A stretch of DNA of 64,000 nt, taken from NCBI GenBank assembly GCA_963718525.1, contig OY970355.1, forward strand, positions 2,400,001-2,464,000, given 5' to 3'. The DNA is from Candidatus Dormiibacterota bacterium (lineage in GTDB: Bacteria; Chloroflexota; Dormibacteria; Aeolococcales; Aeolococcaceae). The notes under the pieces are model-generated. The model made no database searches. It had not been told where the DNA came from and was given only the letters and a program-made list of their open reading frames with translations. This document shows positions 24,388 through 34,032 of this stretch, piece by piece (position 1 is the stretch's first letter; every line of letters begins with the position of its first letter). Made by a program: the position numbers and the translations under genes.

Positions 24388-25385
24388 CCTGCTAAGTCGA
24401 TCAGCCGGCGAGCCACGTCGAGCACCTTTCGCTCCGCGGCGGGAAGGCCGTCGTGGAGCTCGGCGCCGGCTGCCCGTCGGTGGCCTCCACCTCCGAACGG
24501 CGTGCAGACGTCGGTCGCGTCGAATGGATCGCGCGTGCGCACGCTGATCTTGACGCGGTCGGCTGCGGTTTCCTTGAAGAGAATCGCGATCTCCATCGTG
24601 GCGATGCTCTGGAGCGCGTCGATGATGCCTTCGGCGTCCTGCATGTCGGCTCCAGTCTGCTGCAGCATCGGCAGCGTCACCTCGGACCAGAGCAGACGGC
24701 CGTTCATCTCGGAGCGCATCTGCGCGATGGCGAGGCCCTCGAGCCGTACCTGTGCGATGGAGCGCGACTTGTAGCTCTTCAGAGCCACCCACCCGGGGTC
24801 CGCTCCAGCCGCAACCAGCGAGGCGGCGAGGCGCAGCGCGGGTTCGGTGGTGTTCTCATGCCGGAAGCCACCCGTGTCGGTGAACAGCGCGGCGTAGAGA
24901 TTGATCGCGACCGCCGGGATGATCGGAGCGCGAAGCTCCTGGAGCAGGCGATGGATCACCTGGCCCGTCGCGCTCGCCGAGGGATCGACGAGATTGATCG
25001 TGCCGAAGCACGTGTTGCTGGTGTGGTGATCGATGTTGACGACGGTCCGAGCGCGCTCGACCTCGCCGCGGCGCTCACCGAAGCGGCCGAGCGTGGCGCA
25101 GTCGAACGTGAACACGGTGTCGCCGAGCGGGGCGCCGCCGGTTTCCACCGTTTCGAACCCGGGGAGGTAGTCGAGCAGCCGCGGCATGGGCTCGGGGACG
25201 ACCACGCGGATTCGGAGCCCCATCGTCCGCAGGGAGGTGGCGAACCCGAGCGCGGAACCGAGGCTGTCGGCATCAGCGTCCTTGTGCGCCAGGCAGGTGA
25301 TCTGATCGGCGCCCTCGATGATCGTGCGGATCGGGTCGATGACGTCCTCAAGTCGCGGCCAGACGGCGGGTGCTGCAACAGTCAC
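24384..25385 (-). CDS. nrnA: DHH/DHHA1 nanoRNase/pAp phosphatase
   Basis: HKDADADSLGS, NIDHH, TDTGGF, GGGGHRRAAG; between rbfA and truB. Confidence 0.9.
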   Translation of the reverse strand: MTVAAPAVWPRLEDVIDPIRTIIEGADQITCLAHKDADADSLGSALGFATSLRTMGLRIRVVVPEPMPRLLDYLPGFETVETGGAPLGDTVFTFDCATLGRFGERRGEVERARTVVNIDHHTSNTCFGTINLVDPSASATGQVIHRLLQELRAPIIPAVAINLYAALFTDTGGFRHENTTEPALRLAASLVAAGADPGWVALKSYKSRSIAQVRLEGLAIAQMRSEMNGRLLWSEVTLPMLQQTGADMQDAEGIIDALQSIATMEIAILFKETAADRVKISVRTRDPFDATDVCTPFGGGGHRRAAGAELHDGLPAAERKVLDVARRLIDLAG

Positions 25386-25780
25386 TGTGGAACCTCCACG
25401 ACCACCTCGGCGGGACCCTCTCCGGCGAGGTCTCTCAGGAGCGTGCTCACCCTCACGCTGTATGCGATCAACTCGTCCAGCTCGAAGTGGAGTCGGGGGA
25501 TACTCCGCAAATTCTCGAGCCGCCTGCCCAGTTGAGCACGAAGGTACCCCTCGGCGTGCCCGAGGCCGTCGACGACCTTCTGGCGGTCGGGGTCATCGCC
25601 GAGCGCACTCACGGCAAGCCATGCCTCGCGCAGATCCGGGCTCACCCGGACACGTGAGATCGAGGCCAGGCGCACCCTCGGATCCTTGATCTCGCTGAGC
25701 ATCATCGCCGAGATCTCCTCACGAAGCTGCTCGCCCACCCGATCACGGCGCGGGCTGCGAGCTCCGGAGCGAAGCGTCAT
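25382..25780 (-). CDS. rbfA: Ribosome-binding factor A
   Basis: RVGEQLREEIS, IKDPRV, VSPDL, IPRLHFELD. Confidence 0.95.
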   Translation of the reverse strand: MTLRSGARSPRRDRVGEQLREEISAMMLSEIKDPRVRLASISRVRVSPDLREAWLAVSALGDDPDRQKVVDGLGHAEGYLRAQLGRRLENLRSIPRLHFELDELIAYSVRVSTLLRDLAGEGPAEVVVEVPQ

Positions 25781-27576
25781 GCGTTCTGCTGCTCCAGGGT
25801 GAAGGCTTCGAGGATGTCGCCTTCATGGAAATCGCTGAAGTCGGCAAGGGTGATGCCGCAGTCGTAGCCGTGGGTCACCTCGCGGACGTCGTCCTTGAAC
25901 CGCTTGAGCGCATCGATACGGCTCTGGGCGATCTCCTTGGAGTCCCGAAGCACGCGGCAGGTCGCATTCCTCGTGATCCTGCCGTCGAGGACGTGGGAAC
26001 CGGCGATGGCCGGCCTGCCGTCGACCTGATAGACGCGCCGGACCTCGGCCCGGCCCTGGGTCACCTCGATCATGGTCGGCTGATACAGGCCCTTGACCGC
26101 CTTCACGATGTCGTCGGTGACCTGGTACACCACGTCGTAGAAGCGGACGTCGACGCCCTGCTCTTCCGCCGCTGCCTTGGCATGGTCGTCGGGGCGGACG
26201 TTGAAGCCGATGACGATCGCGTCGGTGACCGCAGCGAGGTTGACGTCGGATTCGCTCACCGCCCCGACCCCTTCGCCGACGACCTTGATCTTGACAGTGG
26301 GATCCTCGATCTGAGTGACCTGGCTGCGAAGCGCTTCAAGGGAGCCGTTCGCCTCGGCCTTGAGCACGAGGTTGAGGCTCTTCATCTCGCCTTCCGAGAT
26401 GTTCTGGGCCAGGTCCGCGAGCGTGATGCGACGGACCGGCTGCGCCAGGCGCTGCTTCTCGGCAAACCCGCGCTGTTCCGCCTTGGCGCGCGCGCCGCGC
26501 TCGGTCTCGACGACCTCGAATATCTCGCCGGCCATCAACACGTCGGAGAGCCCGGTGACCACGACGGGCGTGCTCGGCCCGGCTTCCTTGATGCGCTTTC
26601 CAGTGTCGTCGATGAGGGCGCGCACCTTGCCGAACGCGGAGCCTGCGACGAGGTTGTCGCCGACGCGCAGCGTGCCGTTCTGGACCACCAGCGTGGCAAT
26701 CGCCCCGCGACCCCGCTCCAGGTGCGAGTCGATGACTGTTCCCACGGCACGGCCGCTCGGATCTGCCTTCGGCTCGACCAGGATGTCGGAGACGGTCAGC
26801 ACACTTTCGAGCAGATCGTCGATGCCTTCCCCAGTCCTGGCGCTGGTCCTCACGACCGGTACATCGCCGCCGTAGGGCTGCTCGGCAACGACGCCGCGGT
26901 CGGCGAGCTGCTGGAGCGCGCGATCTGGGTTCACTCCGTCCTTGTCGATCTTGTTCATCGCCACGACGATGGGTACACCCGCGGCGTGGATGTGCTGGAT
27001 GGCCTCCTCGGTCTGCGGCATGACCCCGTCGTCGGCGGCCACCACCAGAATCGCGACGTCCGTCACGTCCGCTCCGCGGGCACGCATCGCCGTGAACGCC
27101 GCATGGCCCGGGGTGTCGATGAAGGTGATCAGGCGGCCGTTGCGCTCGACCTGGTATGCACTGATCACCTGGGTGATCCCGCCCGCCTCGCCGGCCGCAA
27201 CCTTGGTCTTTCGAACTGCGTCGAGGAGCGATGTCTTGCCATGGTCGACGTGGCCGAGCACCGCCACGATCGGCGGCCGGGCGACCAGCGCCCCCGGAGC
27301 GGCATTGGAGAGATCGATCAAGGGATGCTTGCGCCGGCCTCCCGCAGACGACGTGCCGTTGGCGTGCTCCGCAACCGATTCCTCGGATTCGGCTTCGAAG
27401 CCGAAATGATCGGCCGCCAGGGCCGCGGTGTCGAAGTCCACCGTCTGGTTGAGCGCGGCCATGACGCCGTTGCTCATCAGGTACTTGATCAGCTGGGGAC
27501 CCGACACCTCGAGGCGGTCGGCGAGCTCAGCGACCGTGAGACCTGCCGGCAGGGTGACTTTCTTGACCGTGGCTAT
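25777..27576 (-). CDS. infB: Translation initiation factor IF-2, short form (probable ATA start at 27576; first canonical GTG at 27507)
   Basis: [28 protein letters not shown]; in-frame upstream TVAELADRL segment and GGAGG SD. Confidence 0.96.
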   Translation of the reverse strand: MATVKKVTLPAGLTVAELADRLEVSGPQLIKYLMSNGVMAALNQTVDFDTAALAADHFGFEAESEESVAEHANGTSSAGGRRKHPLIDLSNAAPGALVARPPIVAVLGHVDHGKTSLLDAVRKTKVAAGEAGGITQVISAYQVERNGRLITFIDTPGHAAFTAMRARGADVTDVAILVVAADDGVMPQTEEAIQHIHAAGVPIVVAMNKIDKDGVNPDRALQQLADRGVVAEQPYGGDVPVVRTSARTGEGIDDLLESVLTVSDILVEPKADPSGRAVGTVIDSHLERGRGAIATLVVQNGTLRVGDNLVAGSAFGKVRALIDDTGKRIKEAGPSTPVVVTGLSDVLMAGEIFEVVETERGARAKAEQRGFAEKQRLAQPVRRITLADLAQNISEGEMKSLNLVLKAEANGSLEALRSQVTQIEDPTVKIKVVGEGVGAVSESDVNLAAVTDAIVIGFNVRPDDHAKAAAEEQGVDVRFYDVVYQVTDDIVKAVKGLYQPTMIEVTQGRAEVRRVYQVDGRPAIAGSHVLDGRITRNATCRVLRDSKEIAQSRIDALKRFKDDVREVTHGYDCGITLADFSDFHEGDILEAFTLEQQNA

Positions 27577-27878
27577 GTCGATTCCTCCATGACGAGCTCC
27601 CGCAGCGCTGCGGCGAGGGTGGGCTCGTCGATTACATCATCCCCGACCCGAAGCGAGCGCGCCAGGGACCGGTGCCGCCGTGACTGGCGCAAACAGGTGA
27701 TACCCGTTTCCCGGCAGAGGTATGCGCCCCGGCCGGGAGAGCGGCCGGACGGGTCAAGAATAACCCGCCCTGAGGATGCGGTGACCGCCAGGCGGACGAG
27801 CTCGCCCTTGGGGCGGACCGTTCGGCAGCCGGTGCAGGTTCGGAGCGGCTCGGCATTGCTCACGTCGCGGTCAACCAT
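27573..27878 (-). CDS. ylxR: YlxR family RNA-binding protein
   Basis: PLRTCTGCR, GRGAYLC; between nusA and infB. Confidence 0.9.
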   Translation of the reverse strand: MVDRDVSNAEPLRTCTGCRTVRPKGELVRLAVTASSGRVILDPSGRSPGRGAYLCRETGITCLRQSRRHRSLARSLRVGDDVIDEPTLAAALRELVMEEST

Positions 27879-28914
27879 GGCCAGACGGTTCTTCGCGCGG
27901 CTCGCGCCCCAGCTCGTCGCTCGGCTCGTCTCCCCGGTCGTCTCCATGGTCGTCTCCCAGGTCGTCCCCATGGATGTCGATGCGCCATCCGGTCAGGCGC
28001 GCGGCGAGACGCGCGTTCTCGCCACCACGGCCGATGGCAAGGGAGAGCTGGTCTGAGGCCACGGAGATGTGCGCGGTTCGGGATTCGCCGTCGAGCTCGA
28101 CGGCGCGCGCCACCGCGGGGATCAGGGAGTTCATGACGAATGTGGACGGGTCGGCGGACCAGGCCACGATCTGCACCTGTTCCTCACCGAGCTCGGAGGT
28201 GACCGCCCGCTGGCGCACCCCGTTTCTACCGATGCAGGCTCCCTGTGCGTCCACATCCCCTTCGGGAGCGTCGACGGCGACCTTGGTTCTCCTGCCCGGA
28301 TCGCGAGCGATGGCGCGGATCACGACCTGCCCGGTCTGCAACTCGGGAACCTCCTGCTCCATGAGGCGCTGCACCAGTTGCGGATGGGATCGCGACACCA
28401 CGACCACCGCGTCCGGCCCCTTCCGACGACCTTCCACGATGACCACCTTGATGTGATCCCCGACGGCGAGGCGTTCGCCTGGAATCTGCTCCTCGGGAGG
28501 CAGCATCCCCGGCACGCCGGCAGCGTCGACGTACCAGATGGTCCCCATCCGCCGCTCCACGATCGCGTCGCGGAGCACGCCGCGCTGGCTCGAGCCCTCG
28601 CCGAGGATCCGGCGCTGCTCGACCCCGGCCAGCCGCTCGGCGACCGCCGTTCGAGCGGCGGCAGCGGCCTGTCTCGGAAAGTCCGGGACATCCACGTTCA
28701 ACGATTGCTCGCTGCCGTCGTCCCCGACCCGAAACACCACGAACGTCCCCGATTCCAGGTTCACCCTGGCACGGACCTGGGGATCGTCGGCGACGAGGCG
28801 CCGGTACGCCGTCGCAACCCCCTGCTCCACCGCACTGGCGATGTCGGCCTCGCTGAGGGGCGTCGCGGCCGCGAGGTCGCGCAGCGCCGCGATGGTCACT
28901 GCAGGCGCGGCCAT
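27871..28914 (-). CDS. nusA: Transcription factor NusA
   Basis: VVSRSHP, ARDPGRRTKVAV, GACIG, QLSLAIGRGGENARLAARLTGWRIDI. Confidence 0.95.
   Translation of the reverse strand: MAAPAVTIAALRDLAAATPLSEADIASAVEQGVATAYRRLVADDPQVRARVNLESGTFVVFRVGDDGSEQSLNVDVPDFPRQAAAAARTAVAERLAGVEQRRILGEGSSQRGVLRDAIVERRMGTIWYVDAAGVPGMLPPEEQIPGERLAVGDHIKVVIVEGRRKGPDAVVVVSRSHPQLVQRLMEQEVPELQTGQVVIRAIARDPGRRTKVAVDAPEGDVDAQGACIGRNGVRQRAVTSELGEEQVQIVAWSADPSTFVMNSLIPAVARAVELDGESRTAHISVASDQLSLAIGRGGENARLAARLTGWRIDIHGDDLGDDHGDDRGDEPSDELGREPREEPSGHG
27925..27972. repeat. Four imperfect 12-bp tandem units at the nusA 3' end
   Basis: CTCGTCTCCCCG GTCGTCTCCATG GTCGTCTCCCAG GTCGTCCCCATG; encodes HGDD-LGDD-HGDD-RGDE. Confidence 0.75.
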
Positions 28915-29384
28915 CAGATGTCGACGACGATCCGGGCCGCGAGCACCGACTCGAGTGAGAACTCGACCGCTCGAGTGGTGCGACGGTCGCGGACCTCGAT
29001 CTCGGCCACCTCTCCGGTGGTCGAGACGAGCTTGCCTTCGAGCACCAGCTCCGAATCGCCGGCGCGGAGCCGGACGTTGACCCGCCGGCCAACCGCGGCG
29101 GTCCACTCCTCGGTTCGGCGGATCGGCCGCTCCGCACCTGGTGAGCTCACCTCGAGCCGGTACGGGTGGTCGATCGGGTCACTCGCGTCGAGCACTGCTG
29201 AGGCGGTGTTCGAGGCGCGCTCGCAATCGTCGAGCGTGACCCCGCCGCCGGCGCGGTCGATGGTCAGGCGAAGCACAGCGCCGCGTCCACGGCCCGACCA
29301 CTGCACGTCGACGAGCTCGATGCCCAGATGGGCGAACGAGGGACGCAGCAGGGAGGCGATGCCGGAGACGTCGTCGGTGTTCAT
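28914..29384 (-). CDS. rimp: Ribosome maturation factor RimP
   Basis: GVTLDDCERAS, YRLEVSSPGAERP; upstream of nusA. Confidence 0.94.
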   Translation of the reverse strand: MNTDDVSGIASLLRPSFAHLGIELVDVQWSGRGRGAVLRLTIDRAGGGVTLDDCERASNTASAVLDASDPIDHPYRLEVSSPGAERPIRRTEEWTAAVGRRVNVRLRAGDSELVLEGKLVSTTGEVAEIEVRDRRTTRAVEFSLESVLAARIVVDI

Positions 29385-29413
29385 GTGTGATGGTGCCCTC
29401 GGGGCGGGTACGC

Positions 29414-31882
29414 CTAGGCCGTCCGCGGAGCGACCCGTCTCCTGCCCGCAGGTGGCGTGACCGTCTCGGTGCCACGAGCCTTCTCCCACGCCACCAGGAG
29501 CGTGCTGGCATTGAAGATCGAGCTGTACGTACCGGTGACGATGCCGATCAGCAGCGCGAGCACGAACCCGCGGATCGAGTCGCCGCCGAAGATGACCAGG
29601 GACAGCAGCACGAAGACCACGGTGAGCGACGTATTGAGCGAGCGCGTCATCGTCTGCACTGTCGAGAGATTGATCACCTGGTCGAAGGTCAGCCGCGGTC
29701 CGACGCGGAGGTTCTCACGCACGCGGTCGAAGACCACGATGGTGTCGTGGATCGAGAACGCCACCGACGTCAGGATCGCGGTGACGAAGAGCGAGTCGAC
29801 CTGACCCAAGTTCGAGAAATGTCCGAGGATCGCCCAGATTCCGGCCAGCACGAACACGTCGTGGAGCAGTTTGAAGAATGCGCAGGCGCTGAAGCGCCAC
29901 GGCGAGATCGCTCGTTGACGGCGGAACGCGAAGGCCAGGTAGACGGCGATCGCCCCCGCCGAGACGAGGATCATGATGATCGCGCCGGTCACGAGGCTCG
30001 CGGCGATCGTGGGCCCGACCTGCTGCACGCTGATGTCCGGCGCCCCGTTCTTGGTGGTGATGGTGAAGTTGCTGTTCAGCGTGTTCTGAATCTGCAGAAT
30101 CTGCTCACTGTCAGAAGGCAGGGTGCTGATGGCGAAGTGGCTCTTCTCGTTGCCCGTGTTGCTCTCCTGCTGCACCTGCGCGCGCAGGCTGGCGAACTGC
30201 TTGTCCATGACCGCCGTGACCTGAGCCTGGGTCACCGATTTTGCAAATCCGACGTCGATGACATTGCCACCCTTGAAGTCGATCCCCAGGTTGAATCCCC
30301 AGAAGAGGATCGCCAGGATGCCGGGGATGATGACCGCGAGCGATCCCGCGAAGAACCAGTTGCGGTTCTTGACGATGTCGAAGCGTCCCCGGGGCGGATG
30401 GTCCGCGAATTCCTCGTGGATCTCGGTGTAGAGACGGGGCTCGCGCCCGATCCTCCACGTCAGCACCCACGCGAACAGTGACCGCGTGATCGTGATCGCG
30501 GTGAAGAACGAGACGATGACGCCGATCGCCAGCGTGATGGCGAAGCCTTTGATCACGTCGGTGCCGAAGAACGCAAGGATTGCGCAGGTGATCAGGGTGG
30601 AGATGTTGCTGTCACGAATGGCAGGGAATGCGCGGCGAAAGCCGGTCTCCACGGCCAGGGGCACGCTGCGTCCGTGACGCAACTCGTCACGGGTGCGTTC
30701 GAATATCAGCACGTTGGCGTCGACCGCCATGCCCACGCTCAGGACGAAGCCCGCCAGTCCCGCGAGCGACAGGGTGACCGGGATGAGCTTGAACAGCGCC
30801 AGGACGATCGCGGCATACACGATGAGCGCGACCGTGGCCAGGACGCCCGGGAATCGGTAGTAGCCGATCATGAAGATGACCACGATCAGCAGTCCGATCC
30901 CACCGGCGATCAACGAGAGGGTCACCGACTGCTGGCCGAGCGACGCGCTGACGGTGGTGCTGGCCACGGTCGTGATCTCCGCCGGCAGCGCACCCGCGCT
31001 GATCAGGTTGGCGAGGGTGGTGGCCGAGTCCGATGTGAAATTGCCGGTGATCTCGGTCTGGTTGCTCTGCCCCCCGCCGGTCACCACGGGCGCCGTCAGG
31101 ACCTGATTGTCCAGGAAGATCGCGATCTGCGCCGTCGGAGGCGGATTGGTGGTGTTGCTCGAGTACGCGTTGAACGCGGCGGTCGTGATCTTCGACCACT
31201 CGCTCGCGCCTGCAGCGTTGAAGTTGATGTCGACCGCGATTGCTCCGCTGGTCGCATCGGTGCCCACGGAGGCGGAGTTGACGTCCTTGGCCTCGAGATT
31301 GTTGTCGATCTTCCAGTGGTATCCGGTCGGGTAGTACAGCGTGTCCGGGAACTGATTGACGTCGTACAGGCCCTGCTGATCTGCGATCAGTGCTGAGCTC
31401 GGGGGATTCGTCGCGGCGCCCGGTACCGCTGTGGCGAAATACAGCTTGGACGTCGTCCCGATGGTGTCGATCGCCTGCTTGAGGCTCACGCCGGGGAGCT
31501 GCACCAGGATCTGGTCATTTCCCTGCGCCTGAACGCTCGCCTCGGAGACGCCGAGTGAGTTCACGCGCAGATCGAGGATCGGAATGGTCGCCTGCTGTGC
31601 CTGGGCGAGCGTGGCTCCGGGCGGAGGGCCGCTCCGGCAGTCGGCGTTGGGGTTGTTGGGCCCGTGGCAGATCTCGATGGTCAGCTCGGTGCCGCCCTGA
31701 AGATCGAGGCCCTTGTGGATGTACAGCTGCCGGCCGAGGAACGTTGGCGCGGAGGTCAGGGTCGTGCCGAGCGGCTGGTGAACGACCAGGTAGCGGTAGA
31801 TCAGGCTGTAGCCGTCGATGAAGAAGGCACCCACCACCACGAGCAGGACGACAGCCAGGCGAAAACGCGTGATCCTGAACAC
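29414..31882 (-). CDS. secDF: Fused protein translocase subunit SecDF
   Basis: GLDLQGG, GMAVDANVLIFER, DSNIST, LGIDFKGG, DTIVVFDRVREN, GTYSSIF in one frame. Confidence 0.95.
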   Translation of the reverse strand: MFRITRFRLAVVLLVVVGAFFIDGYSLIYRYLVVHQPLGTTLTSAPTFLGRQLYIHKGLDLQGGTELTIEICHGPNNPNADCRSGPPPGATLAQAQQATIPILDLRVNSLGVSEASVQAQGNDQILVQLPGVSLKQAIDTIGTTSKLYFATAVPGAATNPPSSALIADQQGLYDVNQFPDTLYYPTGYHWKIDNNLEAKDVNSASVGTDATSGAIAVDINFNAAGASEWSKITTAAFNAYSSNTTNPPPTAQIAIFLDNQVLTAPVVTGGGQSNQTEITGNFTSDSATTLANLISAGALPAEITTVASTTVSASLGQQSVTLSLIAGGIGLLIVVIFMIGYYRFPGVLATVALIVYAAIVLALFKLIPVTLSLAGLAGFVLSVGMAVDANVLIFERTRDELRHGRSVPLAVETGFRRAFPAIRDSNISTLITCAILAFFGTDVIKGFAITLAIGVIVSFFTAITITRSLFAWVLTWRIGREPRLYTEIHEEFADHPPRGRFDIVKNRNWFFAGSLAVIIPGILAILFWGFNLGIDFKGGNVIDVGFAKSVTQAQVTAVMDKQFASLRAQVQQESNTGNEKSHFAISTLPSDSEQILQIQNTLNSNFTITTKNGAPDISVQQVGPTIAASLVTGAIIMILVSAGAIAVYLAFAFRRQRAISPWRFSACAFFKLLHDVFVLAGIWAILGHFSNLGQVDSLFVTAILTSVAFSIHDTIVVFDRVRENLRVGPRLTFDQVINLSTVQTMTRSLNTSLTVVFVLLSLVIFGGDSIRGFVLALLIGIVTGTYSSIFNASTLLVAWEKARGTETVTPPAGRRRVAPRTA

Positions 31883-31894
31883 CTGTGCCCCAGT

Positions 31895-33007
31895 CTACCG
31901 GGGCGCCGAGCGGAGCCGGCCATCGCGATCTGCCCGAAAGGCTGCGAACCGTCCCTCGCGGATAGCCGACCTGGCGCCGTCCATGAGCCGTGCCAGGTGG
32001 GTGATGTTGTGCAGGCTGACAAGGCGGTGGGCGAGGATCTCGCCGGCCTGGAACAGATGGCGGAGGTAGGCGCGCGAGAAACCGGTGCATGCGGCGCAGG
32101 GGCACTCGGGATCGATGGGTCCGTATTCGTCGCGGGCCGCCGTGTTGCGCAACGAGAGGCGTCCGTCCGGGGTCAGCGCGCTCCCATTGCGCGCCAAGCG
32201 CGTCGGCACCACGCAGTCGAACATGTCCACCCCAAGGGCGATCGCAGCGAGGAGCTCGGCGTCGGTTCCCAGCCCCATGAAATACCGGGCGCGGCCGGCG
32301 GGAAGCTCGGTCACGCTCGCCTCGGTCATGGCGAGCATCGTCTCCACGGGCTCCCCCACCGCCAGGCCCCCGATCGCGACCCCGTCGAAGTCCAGCCCGG
32401 ACACGAACTGCGCCGATTCGCGCCGGGCAGCAGCATCGAAGCCTCCCTGGGCGATGCCGAACAGCAGCTGATCGCCACCCGGGTGTGCGGCCCGGCAGCG
32501 CTCCGCCCAGCGATGCGTGCGCTCGGTGGCCTCGCGCGTGTCGCCGGGATCCGTGCCGTGCGCAACGGGGTGATCGAGGCACATGAGGACATCGGCGCCG
32601 AGGCGCGCCTGGTTGCGCACCGCATCCTCCGGGGTCACCCGCAGCTTCGACCCGTCGTACGGTGAGACGAAGGTCGCGCCCTCGTCGTCGACCCCGGCGA
32701 CCTCTGCCAGGCTCACGAGCTGGAAGCCGCCGCTGTCGGTGAGGATCGGATGCTCCCAGTTCATGAACCTGTGGAGGCCGCCGGCGCGCTCGATGACGCC
32801 GAGCCCGGGTCGCAACGCAAGGTGATACGCGTTGCAGAGGAGGATGTCGATACCGGCTGCGCGCACCTCCTCCGGATGCAGTGCCTTCACCGTGGCGTGC
32901 GTGCCGACGGGCATGAATGCCGGCGTGCGGACGGTGCCGTGCGCGGTGGTCAATGTTCCAGCACGCGCGTGACCGTCGACCGTCTCCGTCGCGAAGGCGG
33001 CCCTCAC
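31895..33007 (-). CDS. tgt: tRNA-guanine transglycosylase
   Basis: TPAFMPVGT, NAYHL, TDSGGFQ, DMFDCVVPTR, CPCAAC. Confidence 0.97.
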   Translation of the reverse strand: MRAAFATETVDGHARAGTLTTAHGTVRTPAFMPVGTHATVKALHPEEVRAAGIDILLCNAYHLALRPGLGVIERAGGLHRFMNWEHPILTDSGGFQLVSLAEVAGVDDEGATFVSPYDGSKLRVTPEDAVRNQARLGADVLMCLDHPVAHGTDPGDTREATERTHRWAERCRAAHPGGDQLLFGIAQGGFDAAARRESAQFVSGLDFDGVAIGGLAVGEPVETMLAMTEASVTELPAGRARYFMGLGTDAELLAAIALGVDMFDCVVPTRLARNGSALTPDGRLSLRNTAARDEYGPIDPECPCAACTGFSRAYLRHLFQAGEILAHRLVSLHNITHLARLMDGARSAIREGRFAAFRADRDGRLRSAPR

Positions 33008-34032
33008 TGCGCTCGCCAGCAGAGCATGCAGTCACCCCACGAGAGGAACCGATATCCGGCGTCGAGCGCGTGCGCGTATGCGCTCCGCCAGCGGTCGTCG
33101 CCGGTGAATGCGGCGAGCAGCACGAGGAGCGACGACCGGGGTTGATGAAAGTTCGTCAGCAGTCCGTCGACGGCGTGGAAACGATGTCCGGGATGGATGA
33201 ACAGGCCGGTGGTCCCACTCCCGGCCCGGAGCGTTCCGTCCTGTGCGCACGTCTCGAGAACGCGAACCACGGTGGTCCCGACAGCGACGACACGACCGCC
33301 ATTGCGCTGCGCGTGCTCGATCGCCTCCACGGTGGAGGCTGGGAGCGTGTAACGCTCCTCGTGCATCGGGTGATCCTCGACTCGCTCGGTGCGAATGGGT
33401 GCGAAGGTGGCGAGACCGACGTCGAGGCGCAGGGTCGCCCAGCCGACATGCGCGTCGCGAAGGCGGTCGATCATCCGCGCGGTGAAGTGCAGCCCCGCCG
33501 TGGGTGCTGCCGCCGAGTCCGGGTCACCGGTGGCGTACGTCGTCTGGTACCGCTCGGGGTCGCGAAGGTCGGTGTGGATGTACGGCGGGAGCGGTGCGAC
33601 ACCCTCGTCTTCGATGGCAGCGTCGGGGTGGTCCGCGTCGAAGATGACGGTGCGTCCGCCGCGATGCATCGCCGAAACGCCGACCACGGTGGCCTGAAGT
33701 TCGGTGCCGATATGGAGGACGGCGCCGGGTGTGGCCAGCCGTGCCGGGCGGGCGAGGCACTGGTACCTGCCATTCGGCTCGCGCTCGAGGACGAGGAGTT
33801 CGACATCCCTGCCGGCTGCGTCGACGGCGCGCAGGCGGGCGCGCCGCACCCGGGTGTCGTTGACGACCATCAGGTCCCCGGGTTTGAGCAGCCCCGGCAG
33901 GTCGAGAAATGCCCGGTCCTCGATGGCGCCGTCAGGGGTCAGGTGCAGCAGGCGCGACGCGTCCCGCTCGGCCAGGGGTTCCTGCGCGATCCGCTCCACG
34001 GGGAGCGGGTAGTCGAAGTCGCGGGACCTCAA
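33004..34032 (-). CDS. queA: S-adenosylmethionine:tRNA ribosyltransferase-isomerase
   Basis: PLPPYI, RYQTTYA, AAPTAGLHF, AVGTTVVR, TNFHQPRS. Confidence 0.97.
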   Translation of the reverse strand: MRSRDFDYPLPVERIAQEPLAERDASRLLHLTPDGAIEDRAFLDLPGLLKPGDLMVVNDTRVRRARLRAVDAAGRDVELLVLEREPNGRYQCLARPARLATPGAVLHIGTELQATVVGVSAMHRGGRTVIFDADHPDAAIEDEGVAPLPPYIHTDLRDPERYQTTYATGDPDSAAAPTAGLHFTARMIDRLRDAHVGWATLRLDVGLATFAPIRTERVEDHPMHEERYTLPASTVEAIEHAQRNGGRVVAVGTTVVRVLETCAQDGTLRAGSGTTGLFIHPGHRFHAVDGLLTNFHQPRSSLLVLLAAFTGDDRWRSAYAHALDAGYRFLSWGDCMLCWRAQ

